A stretch of DNA of 64,000 nt from Bacilli bacterium (lineage in GTDB: Bacteria; Bacillota_I; Bacilli_A; RFN20; CAG-826): NCBI GenBank assembly GCA_017454295.1, contig JAFTDF010000016.1, positions 8,928-72,927 on the forward strand, given 5' to 3'. The notes beneath the pieces are model-generated. The model made no database searches and had not been told where the DNA came from. It was given only the letters and a program-made list of their open reading frames with translations. Both the position numbers and the translations under genes were made by a program. Numbering within the stretch: the stretch's first letter is position 1; each line of letters starts with the position of its first letter. Shown one piece after another: positions 29,002 through 38,895 of the stretch.

Positions 29002-30831
29002 ATGAACATGAGAAACATCGCCATCATCGCCCACGTCGACCATGGGAAAACCACCTTGGTCAACGCCCTCCTCGCTTCTTCGGGATCCTTCCGCGAAAAC
29101 GAAGAGATTAAAGACCGCGCCCTCGATAGCAACCCTCAAGAACGCGAACGCGGCATCACCATCTTGGCCAAAACCACTTCTTTATTATATAAAGATACCA
29201 AGATCAACATCGTCGACACCCCGGGGCACGCCGACTTCGGCGGGGAAGTCGAACGCATCATGCACATGGTCGATGGCTGCTTGCTTTTGGTCGATGCCTT
29301 CGAAGGGACCATGCCCCAAACCCGCTTCGTCTTGAAAAACGCCTTAGCCAACCACATTAAGCCCATTGTCGTCATCAACAAAGTCGACCGGCCCAATGCC
29401 GATCCCCAAAAAGCCGTCGATGAGGTCCTTGACCTCTTCATCGAACTCGGCGCCCCCGACGACATGCTGGAATTCCCCGTCGTCTACGCCTCTGCGCTAA
29501 ACGGCACCTCTTCCTTATCCCCCGAGCTCTCTTCCCAAGTCCCGGGCATGGAAGCCATCTTCGATACCATCCTCAAGGAAATCCCCGAGCCCAAATGCGA
29601 GCCCGACAAGCCCTTCTCCTTCCAACCCGCACTACTTGACTATAACGAATTCGTCGGCCGCATCGGCATCGGCACCATCCGTTCCGGCAAGGTCCATGTC
29701 GGCGATATCGTTTCCAATGTCCATCTCGACGGTACCATGAAAGACTTCAAGATCATGAAACTCTACACCTTCCAAGGACTGCGCCGGGTCGAGGTCGAGG
29801 AAGTCGGCAGCGGCGACATCTGCGCCATCGCCGGAAATGGCGAATTCAACGTCGGGGAAACCTTCTGCGCCAAAGGCGAATCCATCATTTTGCCCCCGCT
29901 TCGCGTCGATGAACCCACCTTGCAGATGGAATTCGGTACCAATTCTTCTCCGTTACGCGGACAAGACGGCAAATTCGTGACCGCCCGCGTCATCGAAGAA
30001 CGCCTTTATGCCGAAACCCAGCGCGACGTCTCCTTACGTTATGCCCGCATCCCCAATAGCGAGACCTGGATCGTCTCCGGCCGCGGCGAACTTCACCTCG
30101 GCGTCTTAATCGAGACCATGCGCCGCGAAGGCTATGAACTCGAAGTCGCCAAACCCCACGTCATCATCAAGGAAATCGGCGGCGTCAAATGCGAACCCTA
30201 CGAAGACCTCCAAATCGACGTCCCCAGCGAATTCGTCGGCGACATCATGGAAACCTTAGGTGCCCGTGGCGCCCAGATGATCGACATGGTCGATACCAAC
30301 GGCATCAGCCGCATCACTTATGTGATCCCTTCCCGTGGCTTGCTCGGTTTCGTGAATAACTTCCTCACCTTAACCAAAGGTTATGGCATTATCAACCACA
30401 CTTTTAAGGAATACCGGCCCGTCTATGGCCATGCGGTTGGGGAACGTAACCTCGGGGTCCTCGTCTCCTCCGATAAGGGCGACGCCACCCCCTACTCCAT
30501 CGAAAAGATCGAAGACCATGGCACCATGTTCATCGCCCCCGGCACCACGTGCTACGAAGGGATGATCGTCGGCGAACACCGCTACCCCAGCGACCTGGTC
30601 GTCAACGTCACCGCGGCCAAACCCCAAACCAACGTCCGCTCCTCCAATAAGGATCAGACCGTCGTCCTCAAATCGCCGCGGAAGATGTCCTTAGAAGCCT
30701 GCCTGGACTACATCAATTCCGACGAACTTGTCGAAATCACCCCCAGCGCCTATCGGATGCGCAAGAAAATCCTGCCCACCGCCGAACGCAAAAAATGGGA
30801 AGCCAAGCAGCGCAACCTCACCGAAGACTAA
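29002..30831 (+). CDS. typA: Translational GTPase TypA/BipA
   Basis: [32 protein letters not shown] and SGRGELHL motifs. Confidence 0.97.
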   Translation: MNMRNIAIIAHVDHGKTTLVNALLASSGSFRENEEIKDRALDSNPQERERGITILAKTTSLLYKDTKINIVDTPGHADFGGEVERIMHMVDGCLLLVDAFEGTMPQTRFVLKNALANHIKPIVVINKVDRPNADPQKAVDEVLDLFIELGAPDDMLEFPVVYASALNGTSSLSPELSSQVPGMEAIFDTILKEIPEPKCEPDKPFSFQPALLDYNEFVGRIGIGTIRSGKVHVGDIVSNVHLDGTMKDFKIMKLYTFQGLRRVEVEEVGSGDICAIAGNGEFNVGETFCAKGESIILPPLRVDEPTLQMEFGTNSSPLRGQDGKFVTARVIEERLYAETQRDVSLRYARIPNSETWIVSGRGELHLGVLIETMRREGYELEVAKPHVIIKEIGGVKCEPYEDLQIDVPSEFVGDIMETLGARGAQMIDMVDTNGISRITYVIPSRGLLGFVNNFLTLTKGYGIINHTFKEYRPVYGHAVGERNLGVLVSSDKGDATPYSIEKIEDHGTMFIAPGTTCYEGMIVGEHRYPSDLVVNVTAAKPQTNVRSSNKDQTVVLKSPRKMSLEACLDYINSDELVEITPSAYRMRKKILPTAERKKWEAKQRNLTED

Positions 30832-30834
30832 AAC

Positions 30835-30858
30835 AGAACGCCCAGCCGGGCGTTTTCT
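30835..30858. terminator. Terminator between typA and ribF
   Basis: AACGCCC-agcc-GGGCGTT followed by a T tract. Confidence 0.7.
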
Positions 30859-31764
30859 TTAATTCAAATCCTCAATCGCTTCGACCGCGGCTTTGTCTTT
30901 TTGCAGTTGGGCCGCTAGGGCGCTAAGGCCATCGAATTTCATTTCGGGGCGTAGCATTTGGATAAAATCCAAATAGAGGGTAAACCCATAATCGTCATGG
31001 GCATCGTAATTGACGTAATGGAGCAAGTGGGCTTCCACCGTTTTGGGGAGTCCTTGTCCCACCGTGGGGTTATTGCCGACGTTGACCATGGCTTTGTAAT
31101 AACGGCCTTTGAAATAGGCAAGGCAGAAATAGACGCCGCTTTTGGGATATAGATAGGGGAAATCGCAATGGAGATTGAGGGTGGGAAAGCCGATATTGCG
31201 GCCGAGTCGATTCCCTTGCACCGTCTTCCCAACGATGCCATAAGGACGACCTAGCAAACGCTTGGCCGCTTCCATCTCGCCGCGGGAGATATGCTGCTTG
31301 ATATAAGAGGTGGAGATTTTGCGGTCCCCATCCATGACGAAGGGTACCACTTTGACCTCGAAGTATTTCTTTAACAATTCGATATCGCCTTTCCCGCCCT
31401 TTCCGTAATGGTAGTCCTCCCCGCAGACGACTTTGACCGTTCCTAAAGGTACGAGGATCTTCTCGATGAATTCGACGGGGCTAAGCTGATAGACGGAGGC
31501 ATCCCCTTGGTAGACATAGGCATAATCCAAAGGTTCCCGACCCATCCATTTGAGCCGATCGGCCACGCTGGAAAGGAAATAATCCCCTTTTCCGGGGAAG
31601 GGTTGGGAGAAAAGGAGGACGCCGCAATAGTCGTCGCTGGCGAATAAGGCATCCACTAGTAACGCCCGGTGGCCACGATGAAAACCATCGAAATCCCCTA
31701 GGGCCAAGGTGAGCCCTTTTTTGGGCTTAGGCATCTTGCGTAAATCAAAGCCGATGATATCCAT
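30859..31764 (-). CDS. ribF: Bifunctional riboflavin kinase/FAD synthetase
   Basis: GDFDGFHRGH, KISTS, GRNIGFPTLN and VEAHLL motifs. Confidence 0.95.
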   Translation of the reverse strand: MDIIGFDLRKMPKPKKGLTLALGDFDGFHRGHRALLVDALFASDDYCGVLLFSQPFPGKGDYFLSSVADRLKWMGREPLDYAYVYQGDASVYQLSPVEFIEKILVPLGTVKVVCGEDYHYGKGGKGDIELLKKYFEVKVVPFVMDGDRKISTSYIKQHISRGEMEAAKRLLGRPYGIVGKTVQGNRLGRNIGFPTLNLHCDFPYLYPKSGVYFCLAYFKGRYYKAMVNVGNNPTVGQGLPKTVEAHLLHYVNYDAHDDYGFTLYLDFIQMLRPEMKFDGLSALAAQLQKDKAAVEAIEDLN

Positions 31765-32609
31765 CAAAATAAGCCTCTTAGACTATGATAAACCCCTTCT
31801 CCGTCTTTTTCATAGACGGCAATCGCTTGGTTTCGATAGATCAGTAGCACTTCCTGCGCCGCCGATGGGAGGGATAATTTCACCCCGTTGAGGGCCTTTT
31901 GATAGGTGGTTTCATCGAGTTCAAACCGCTCCATATGGCTGAGGATTTGAAGGGGGTTTTGCAAGGAATTTTCGTCAATTTCGTCCAGTTTTTGCGCGTT
32001 TTCGACGCGGAAGGGACCAATCGCGGTGCGACGCAAGGCAACTAGATGCCCGATGGTGCCTAGGCGCCTAGCGAGTTCCTCCCCCAAGGTGCGGATATAG
32101 GCGCCTTTGGAGACTTTGACGCGAAAAGAAATCGTAGAGGCATCATAGCCGAGGAGTTGGCTTTCATAGACTTCGATTTCCCGACCATGGCGTTCAATTT
32201 CTTTGCCTTGGTGGGCGAGTTTATATAAAGCCACCCCATCCACTTTGATCGCGGAGGTCATAGGCGGGATTTGGATTTGTTTGCCTAGCAAAGATGAAAG
32301 GGCCGTTTCGATTTGGGATTGGCTAAGTGCGGGAACGGGCTGCTCTTCTTGAATGGCCCCCGTCAAATCCCCCGTATCGGTGGCAACCCCTAACTTCAAG
32401 GTGGCTTCGTATTCTTTCTCTTCGTCGCGAGCAAAACGAAGGGCTTTATTCCCCGCGTTGACCCCGATGATCAATAGCCCGGTGGCAAAAGGATCGAGGG
32501 TGCCCAAATGCCCCACTTTTTGGGTATGGAAGTAACGGCCGATCGTATTGTCGACCTTGCGGGAAGTCAGCCCCGCCTCCTTATCGAGAAAGAGGATTCC
32601 GGATTGCAT
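31764..32609 (-). CDS. truB: tRNA pseudouridine(55) synthase
   Basis: KVGHLGTLDPFATG and SKGAYIRTL motifs. Confidence 0.96.
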   Translation of the reverse strand: MQSGILFLDKEAGLTSRKVDNTIGRYFHTQKVGHLGTLDPFATGLLIIGVNAGNKALRFARDEEKEYEATLKLGVATDTGDLTGAIQEEQPVPALSQSQIETALSSLLGKQIQIPPMTSAIKVDGVALYKLAHQGKEIERHGREIEVYESQLLGYDASTISFRVKVSKGAYIRTLGEELARRLGTIGHLVALRRTAIGPFRVENAQKLDEIDENSLQNPLQILSHMERFELDETTYQKALNGVKLSLPSAAQEVLLIYRNQAIAVYEKDGEGVYHSLRGLF

Positions 32610-32654
32610 GGGATTAGTTTAACAGGTTGGTCCGCTTTTGCTATGATTAGCCTC

Positions 32655-33791
32655 GTGAAATATATCCGTAAAGTCTTGGCCTGCTTACGCAAAGCCGACG
32701 AAACCTTCTCTTTGATCGACGAACGCGACCGCATCCTGGTCGGGGTTTCCGGTGGCAAGGATTCGATGGCCTTGCTCAAGGCTTTATCCATCTACCGCAA
32801 ATTCTCGCAAAAGCATTTTTCCATCGTCCCCGTCTCCTTGGATCTAGGTTTCCCCGGCTTTGAAACCAAGCAGATGGAAGACTTCGCCGCCTCCTTGGGA
32901 TTGACCCTGCGTGTCGACGATGCCAAAGAAGTCTACCCGATCCTTTTGGCCCACACCAAAGAAGACCACCACATCCCCTGTTCGATTTGCTCACGGATGA
33001 AAAAAGCCGCCATCAACGCCGCGGCGAAAAAATATCGGTGCAACAAAGTCGCCTTCGCCCATCACCAAGACGATGCTTTGGAAACCTTGCTCATGAACAT
33101 GATCCATGGTGGAAAAGTGGCGACTTTTGAGCCAGAAATGCATCTTTCCCGGGCGGGCATCACCTTTATCCGTCCCTTTATCTTCGTCTCCGAAGAGGAT
33201 ATCAAAGGTATGGTGAGCGAAGAAAGCATCCCCGTGCTAGGGAAAACTTGCCCCGCCGATGGCTTCACCGAACGCGAATACTGCAAACAAAAACTGCAAA
33301 CCCTGTATCAAGAACGAAGCGAGGCCAAAACCAATTTTGCCTCCATGCTTTATAACTACGAGCCCTTCTTGCTCTATTTCGACCGGATTTATTATGCGAT
33401 CCCAGGTGCTCCAAAATTTGCGTTAAAACCCAACGTCCATCCTTCCCATGTCGTGGCTTATAACGCCTTGGTGAAGAAACATCCCGAACTTTCCTATATG
33501 GAAAAAGAAGCCACCACCTTCTTCTTTTGCAAAAACAAGAAGATCGTCGGTCGTATCGATTTCACTTTCGAAAACGCCCATACGTGCGTGATTTCCTGCA
33601 TCGAATCCTATCTCAGCGAAGAAGAGACCTTAGTCTTTGCCAGGGCGATGATGAAGCGTCTCCTTGATCAGATCAATCCCCTCTATTACGTCTATACGGG
33701 AAAGCGAAAACGCTTGGCGAAAGCCTTGGGCTTTGCCTTAGGTCGCGCTCCTGGACACATGCAGCAGCTCGCCTACTACGGCAAGAAGTAA
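32655..33791 (+). CDS. TtcA-family tRNA thiolase-like ATPase with a C-terminal extension (start GTG 32655 or ATG 32643)
   Basis: PP-loop SGGKDS, CSIC, AHHQDD, IRP and CPADG motifs. Confidence 0.85.
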   Translation: MKYIRKVLACLRKADETFSLIDERDRILVGVSGGKDSMALLKALSIYRKFSQKHFSIVPVSLDLGFPGFETKQMEDFAASLGLTLRVDDAKEVYPILLAHTKEDHHIPCSICSRMKKAAINAAAKKYRCNKVAFAHHQDDALETLLMNMIHGGKVATFEPEMHLSRAGITFIRPFIFVSEEDIKGMVSEESIPVLGKTCPADGFTEREYCKQKLQTLYQERSEAKTNFASMLYNYEPFLLYFDRIYYAIPGAPKFALKPNVHPSHVVAYNALVKKHPELSYMEKEATTFFFCKNKKIVGRIDFTFENAHTCVISCIESYLSEEETLVFARAMMKRLLDQINPLYYVYTGKRKRLAKALGFALGRAPGHMQQLAYYGKK

Positions 33792-35264
33792 CTATTTTCG
33801 ATAAGCGGTTTGATAAAAGCCACGCCACGGGGCGAGGTTTTCGATGGTTTTTCCAATCGCAAGCACCAAGGCGTCTTGGTATTTCGGAGCCAGCACATGG
33901 AGGCCAACGGGCAACCCGTTTTCGCCGATTCCAGCGGGCACCGAAGCGGCTGGATAGCCCACGAAATTTGCCAAAAAGGTCGGGGCGAAGCCAAGATTCG
34001 AATCGATGGATATCCCATTGATTTCGCTTGGCCCTTGGGTCGTCCCTTTTTCCAAAGCGTTCTCCGGCGGGAAGCAACACGCCGTCGGCGATAAAATGGC
34101 GTCATAAGAAGTGAAGACATCCTCAAACGCATCGAGGATCTCCGTCCGTGTCAAATTGAATTGATAGAGATCTTCCGTGGTGAGATGGCCCGCTTTTTCG
34201 ACATATTCGGCGAATAAGGGATGGACTTCATCGCCATGTTCTTTTAAGAAGTCGATGCCTCGTTCCTGCTTTAAGGTTTCGAATTCGATATAAGAATCGA
34301 AACTTAAGCTTAAGCACCACTGCTCCATGATTTCCTTGGCGCTTCGGGGAAAGGACATCTTCACCTCTTCCACGATCGCCCCCGCTTCTATTAGTTTCTT
34401 GAGGCAAGTTCTGACTTTCGCTTCAATTTCAGGATCCACCGGCAAAATCCCCAGTCCTGAGACATAGGCAAAACGTTTCCCGCGAAGCGATTGTTTCATT
34501 TCCAACGTGAAATCTTCGTGGGCAAAAGGAATCGAGGTGGGGTCGCGGCGGTCATAACGGACTAAGGCGTTGAGCAAAAACGCACTATCTTCCACCGTCT
34601 TGGTTAATACCCCCGTGCAGCAATAAGGATGGGTGGCGGAAAAACTATCAGGGCGGATCACCGAAGGGATCAAACCGGCAGAGGCCTTAAAACCAAAGAG
34701 GTTATTCCACGCGGCGGGGATGCGAATCGATCCACCGGCATCGCCGCCTTCGGCGATGAGCACCATCCCAGAAGCCACCGCGGCGGCGCTGCCTCCGCTG
34801 GAACCTCCCGAATTCTTCGATAAATCGAAGGGATTATGCGTCGGGCCGTACATTTTATTATCGGTGAGTCCGCTAAAGCCAAAAGAAGGCGCATTGGTTT
34901 TGCCCACGCAAATCGCATCCATGCTCTCCAAAGCTTTGCAAACCTCGGAATCCAATGGGTCGATGCTTTGATAATGGAGGACGCCTCCATGACTCGCGGG
35001 CCAGCCTTTTTTCGAAGGTAAGAAATCCTTCAAGGCGAAAGGCACCCCTGATAAAGGACCAACACGTTCCCCGGAAGCAATGCGCTCTTTCAAGGCTTTC
35101 GCTGCCGCGGTTGCTTCCGCGAATTTGGTATAGGTAAAAGCGTGAATCAGCGGATTCAAACGCTCGATACGATCGATGAAATAGGCCAACACCGTTTCAG
35201 GATCGGCTTGACCCGATTGAACCAAGTGCCCTAATTCTAAGGCCGATAAGGTTTCATACTCCAT
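33792..35264 (-). CDS. Amidase-signature family enzyme
   Basis: ALKD Lys, GGSSGGSAAAVA and DAGGSIRIPA (Ser-cisSer-Lys triad); ATG overlaps the transporter stop (TAATG). Confidence 0.92.
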   Translation of the reverse strand: MEYETLSALELGHLVQSGQADPETVLAYFIDRIERLNPLIHAFTYTKFAEATAAAKALKERIASGERVGPLSGVPFALKDFLPSKKGWPASHGGVLHYQSIDPLDSEVCKALESMDAICVGKTNAPSFGFSGLTDNKMYGPTHNPFDLSKNSGGSSGGSAAAVASGMVLIAEGGDAGGSIRIPAAWNNLFGFKASAGLIPSVIRPDSFSATHPYCCTGVLTKTVEDSAFLLNALVRYDRRDPTSIPFAHEDFTLEMKQSLRGKRFAYVSGLGILPVDPEIEAKVRTCLKKLIEAGAIVEEVKMSFPRSAKEIMEQWCLSLSFDSYIEFETLKQERGIDFLKEHGDEVHPLFAEYVEKAGHLTTEDLYQFNLTRTEILDAFEDVFTSYDAILSPTACCFPPENALEKGTTQGPSEINGISIDSNLGFAPTFLANFVGYPAASVPAGIGENGLPVGLHVLAPKYQDALVLAIGKTIENLAPWRGFYQTAYRK

Positions 35265-36019
35265 TAAGCGGCCTCCGTCTTCTCTTCGGGATAATAGGCG
35301 TCGACGTATTCTTGCCCCACCCCTTTTTCCTTCCACTTCCTCGCAATGCGGTAGCCGATGGGAGAGAAGAGCATTTCCAAAGCCAGTTCCACCACGGCGC
35401 AGGTAAGGGAGCAAATCGCGCACTGGGTAAGGGTCCAAGTCACAGGCAAGGCACCGGGAATCAAAGGGAAGACGATGAAAGCGAGGGAAATAAAGACGAA
35501 ATTATCGATGTATTGGCCGATAAAGGTCGAAATATAGGTCCGCGTGAAATAGGCGGCTTTGGAATCGGGACGATTCTGAAAGGCACGGCCAATCAAATGG
35601 TTCATGAAATTATTGACCAGGGCCGAGGTCACAAAGGCAATCGAAGAAGCCAGCAACACCGACCATTGGCCATGGAGAATCATATCAAGCTCGGGGATGG
35701 TCCCGATTTGGGAGATGATGAAGAAGATGCCCACGGCGACCAAATTGGCGCTTAAGGCGATCCAGGAAAGGCGGTTGGCGGCTTTGGGGCCGAAACGCTT
35801 GTTGACGACATCCATGATCATAAACGCCGCCCACGAAACGAATACCCCGGCGGTCAAGGCCAAATAAGGGGTATTGACGATGGTGAAGCTCGAAAGCAGA
35901 TTCATGGCAATGACCACGAAAGAAAAAAGTACGATGACAAGTTTGGGGACCGATCGTACCAAGGTGGAAAAAAGTTGGATTTCCCGCTTCGCCAAGGATG
36001 GCTGGGAAGAATGTTGCAT
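35264..36019 (-). CDS. VUT/YhhQ-family (queuosine precursor) transporter
   Basis: About 6-7 TMs; MDVVNKRFG, ASSIAF and RTYISTFIGQYIDN match the Vut_1 pattern. Confidence 0.85.
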   Translation of the reverse strand: MQHSSQPSLAKREIQLFSTLVRSVPKLVIVLFSFVVIAMNLLSSFTIVNTPYLALTAGVFVSWAAFMIMDVVNKRFGPKAANRLSWIALSANLVAVGIFFIISQIGTIPELDMILHGQWSVLLASSIAFVTSALVNNFMNHLIGRAFQNRPDSKAAYFTRTYISTFIGQYIDNFVFISLAFIVFPLIPGALPVTWTLTQCAICSLTCAVVELALEMLFSPIGYRIARKWKEKGVGQEYVDAYYPEEKTEAA

Positions 36020-36027
36020 GGGGTTTC

Positions 36028-36076
36028 TCCTTGGTTTTGTTTTTTATAGCGAAGGATTTAGAGGCCGAACTCCGCT
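36028..36076 (-). promoter_or_regulatory. Putative preQ1 class I riboswitch
   Basis: P1 AGCGGAG/CUUCGCU, loop from UUCG to C, tail AUAAAAAACAAAACC running into the SD; upstream TTGCCT-N17-GAGAAT; VUT context. Confidence 0.65.
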
Positions 36077-36111
36077 GGGACATATTCTCTTCCTTTCCGT
36101 AAGAAGAGGCA

Positions 36112-36141
36112 AGAAAAAAGCAGGTATGTTTCAACCTGCTT
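36112..36141 (-). terminator. Terminator after rbfA
   Basis: AAGCAGGT...ACCTGCTT followed by a U tract. Confidence 0.8.
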
Positions 36142-36145
36142 GGTG

Positions 36146-36520
36146 TTATTTGGATTCCGTGTCTTGGGAAGGCAAGGCGGCCAGCTCTTCTTCTTCCTTG
36201 GCCAAGGCCTCGTCGATGCGGGCGGCCTTTTCCATGGTCTCATCATAGATGAAGAAGATCTTGGGCACCTTATAGATATCCATCTTCTTCGCAAGCGAAG
36301 AACGGACGAAGCCGCTGGATTTATTGAGCTCGGCGACTTTTTGACGGCCGTATTTGGTATCGAGGAAGGAGACGTAGACCTTCGCCCCGCTTAAATCGTC
36401 ATAGACCTCGACGTCATTGACGACGACGAAGCCGATCTTCGGGTTCTTGATCTCGAAGGCGACGATATCGCGGATATTGCGCTCAATGAGGGCTTTGACG
36501 CGATTATGACGATCGGCCAT
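36146..36520 (-). CDS. rbfA: Ribosome-binding factor A
   Basis: KNPKIG...DLSGAKVYVS...VPKIFFIYD; follows infB. Confidence 0.93.
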   Translation of the reverse strand: MADRHNRVKALIERNIRDIVAFEIKNPKIGFVVVNDVEVYDDLSGAKVYVSFLDTKYGRQKVAELNKSSGFVRSSLAKKMDIYKVPKIFFIYDETMEKAARIDEALAKEEEELAALPSQDTESK

Positions 36521-38373
36521 TATTGCTTCTCCACCATTTCGTAGCCTTCGACGATATCGCCTTCTTTGATGTCGTTATAGCCATCGATCGTCAAGCCGCA
36601 TTCATAGCCTTCCTTGACTTCTTTGGCATCGTCTTTGAAGCGCTTGAGGGAGCCAAGCTTCCCTTCGTAGATGACTACGCCGTTACGGAGCAAACGGATC
36701 AAGCAACCCGCCTTCATGACGCCGGAGGTCACATAGGAACCGCCGATCGTGCCGACTTTGGAAATCTTATAGATATGGCGGATTTCGGCTTGGCCGAGGA
36801 CCTGTTCGACTTTCTCGGCGGTGATCATGCCCTTCATGGCGGCTTCCATTTCGTCTAAGAGCTCGTAGATGATCTTATGGAGACGGATTTCGACATGTTC
36901 TTCTTCCGCTTTCTGACGGACGCGGGCATCGGGACGGACGTTGAAGCCATAGATGAAGGCACCCGAGGCGGAAGCGAGCATGACGTCGTTATCCGAGATG
37001 GCCCCCGCGGAGGCGGAAAGGACATGGACTTTGACCTTGTCGTCGCTCATCTTCTCCAAGTTGGCCTTCAATGCTTGGGCGGTGCCGTCGCTATCGGCCT
37101 TGACGATGATGTTGATGTCTTTGATTTTGCCGGCGTTTACGAGATTATTCAAATCGTTAAGCGAAAGGGCGGAGGTGCCGGAACGGGTCTTGGCTTGCTT
37201 AGCAAGGGCGCGCTTTTCGGCGATTTCCTTGGCTTGGTGCTCCTCGGGGAAGGCCATGAAACGGTCACCCGCGCTAGGAACGGCGCTTAAGCCGATGACG
37301 GAGACCGGGGTCGAAGGCGCCGCGGTCTTCAGCACGGCCCGATATTCGTTGGTCATGCGGCGGATTTTGCCGTAGGTTTCGCCCACGACGACATAGTCCC
37401 CCACATTGAGGGTGCCGTTTTGGACGAGCAAGGTGGCTTTGGGGCCTTCGCCTTTATCGAGGTTGGCTTCCAAAACCGTGCCGATGGCATAACGATCGGG
37501 ATTGGCTTTGAGTTCGAGCATTTCGGCTTTGAGCAAGATGAGTTCGAGCAAATCGTCGATCCCTTGGTTGTTTTTGGCGGAAATCTCGACGGACATGGTG
37601 TCGCCGCCATATTCTTCGACGACGACTTCGTGGGCGAGAAGTCCTTCAAGGACTTTACGGGGGTTGGCGCCCGGTTTGTCCATCTTGTTGACGGCCACGA
37701 TGATGGGGACGCCGGCGGCTTTGGCGTGATCGATGGCTTCGATGGTTTGCGGCATGACGCCGTCATCGGCGGCCACGACTAAGACGACGATGTCGGTGAC
37801 GGAAGCGCCGCGGGCACGCATCGCGGTGAAGGCGGCATGCCCCGGGGTGTCGATGAAGGTGATTTTCTTGCCTTGGACTTCCTTTTGGTAGGCACCGATG
37901 TTCTGGGAGATGCCCCCGGCTTCGGTGTCGACGATATGGGAGTTCCGGATCGCGTCGATGAGGGTGGTTTTGCCATGGTCGACGTGGCCCATGACGGTGA
38001 CGACCGCGGGCCGTTCCTTCAAAAAGGAAGGATCGTCGTTGATTTCGAGTTCTTCGAAATTGGTTTCGTCCACCACTTTCTCTTTCTTGAAGTCGTAATC
38101 GTATTCCAAGCAGATGGTGCCGATGGTTTCGTCATCGAGGAGTTGGTTGATGGTGACGGCTTTCCCTTGGAGGAAGAGGAATTTGATGATGGCGGGGGTC
38201 GGGACGTTGATGGCGGCGGAAAGTTCGGCCACGGTCAACGGACGGGAATAGACGAAGACGCCGCCATTGACTTTGGCGAAGTCCTCCTTTCCCTTTTGGC
38301 GGGGTTGGAAATTGGAGACACGCTGCTGCGGCTTATTGTTGTTCTTCTTTTGCCCGTAGTTATTTTTCTTCAT
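36520..38373 (-). CDS. infB: Translation initiation factor IF-2
   Basis: [23 protein letters not shown] and GYECG motifs. Confidence 0.98.
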   Translation of the reverse strand: MKKNNYGQKKNNNKPQQRVSNFQPRQKGKEDFAKVNGGVFVYSRPLTVAELSAAINVPTPAIIKFLFLQGKAVTINQLLDDETIGTICLEYDYDFKKEKVVDETNFEELEINDDPSFLKERPAVVTVMGHVDHGKTTLIDAIRNSHIVDTEAGGISQNIGAYQKEVQGKKITFIDTPGHAAFTAMRARGASVTDIVVLVVAADDGVMPQTIEAIDHAKAAGVPIIVAVNKMDKPGANPRKVLEGLLAHEVVVEEYGGDTMSVEISAKNNQGIDDLLELILLKAEMLELKANPDRYAIGTVLEANLDKGEGPKATLLVQNGTLNVGDYVVVGETYGKIRRMTNEYRAVLKTAAPSTPVSVIGLSAVPSAGDRFMAFPEEHQAKEIAEKRALAKQAKTRSGTSALSLNDLNNLVNAGKIKDINIIVKADSDGTAQALKANLEKMSDDKVKVHVLSASAGAISDNDVMLASASGAFIYGFNVRPDARVRQKAEEEHVEIRLHKIIYELLDEMEAAMKGMITAEKVEQVLGQAEIRHIYKISKVGTIGGSYVTSGVMKAGCLIRLLRNGVVIYEGKLGSLKRFKDDAKEVKEGYECGLTIDGYNDIKEGDIVEGYEMVEKQ

Positions 38374-38663
38374 ATTTCTTCTCCTTTCGCTTTGGCGAAG
38401 AAGGCTTTCGCCTCCTTTTTGCCCTTAATGGCCACAAACGAGAGTTCGTCGTAGCCAAGGGCTTGGCCAAGTTCGGCTTTGGTATAGGCCTTGCGCGTTA
38501 TCGTATTGGCGGTTTTGGCTTTGGCTTCCATCCGTTCGGGATGGGCGGCATCGGTCGCGATCAACAGGAGATCGACTTTGCCGAGGCGATGCTCCAAGGA
38601 AGGACCAAAGAGAATCCTGCCCCCTCGGTTTAATAAACCAAGGAAGGTGAGTTCTGCTTTCAT
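38370..38663 (-). CDS. L7Ae/YlxQ-family RNA-binding protein
   Basis: FLGL..RGG, LLIATDA and ELGQALG; position before infB. Confidence 0.8.
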   Translation of the reverse strand: MKAELTFLGLLNRGGRILFGPSLEHRLGKVDLLLIATDAAHPERMEAKAKTANTITRKAYTKAELGQALGYDELSFVAIKGKKEAKAFFAKAKGEEI

Positions 38664-38893
38664 AAGGCCTCCTGAAGCAAGGCGATCTCATCTTCCTCAA
38701 GGGGACGATGGAGATAACGCTGGAAGGCTTTGTTTTTGATGGCGAGATCAAGATGCTTCGGATGGAGATAAAACCCGCGTCCTCCTTTGGGGGAGAGGAC
38801 CAAGCGCCCATTTTCCACCCCGAGGCGGATGAGCTCCGCCTTGGGATAAGGGGTGCGCGTGGCGATATCGAAACGGGGGTTTTCTACCTGCAT
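38660..38893 (-). CDS. ylxR: YlxR (DUF448) RNA-binding protein
   Basis: PKAELIR...GGRGFYL; follows nusA. Confidence 0.8.
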   Translation of the reverse strand: MQVENPRFDIATRTPYPKAELIRLGVENGRLVLSPKGGRGFYLHPKHLDLAIKNKAFQRYLHRPLEEDEIALLQEAL

Positions 38894-38895
38894 GC

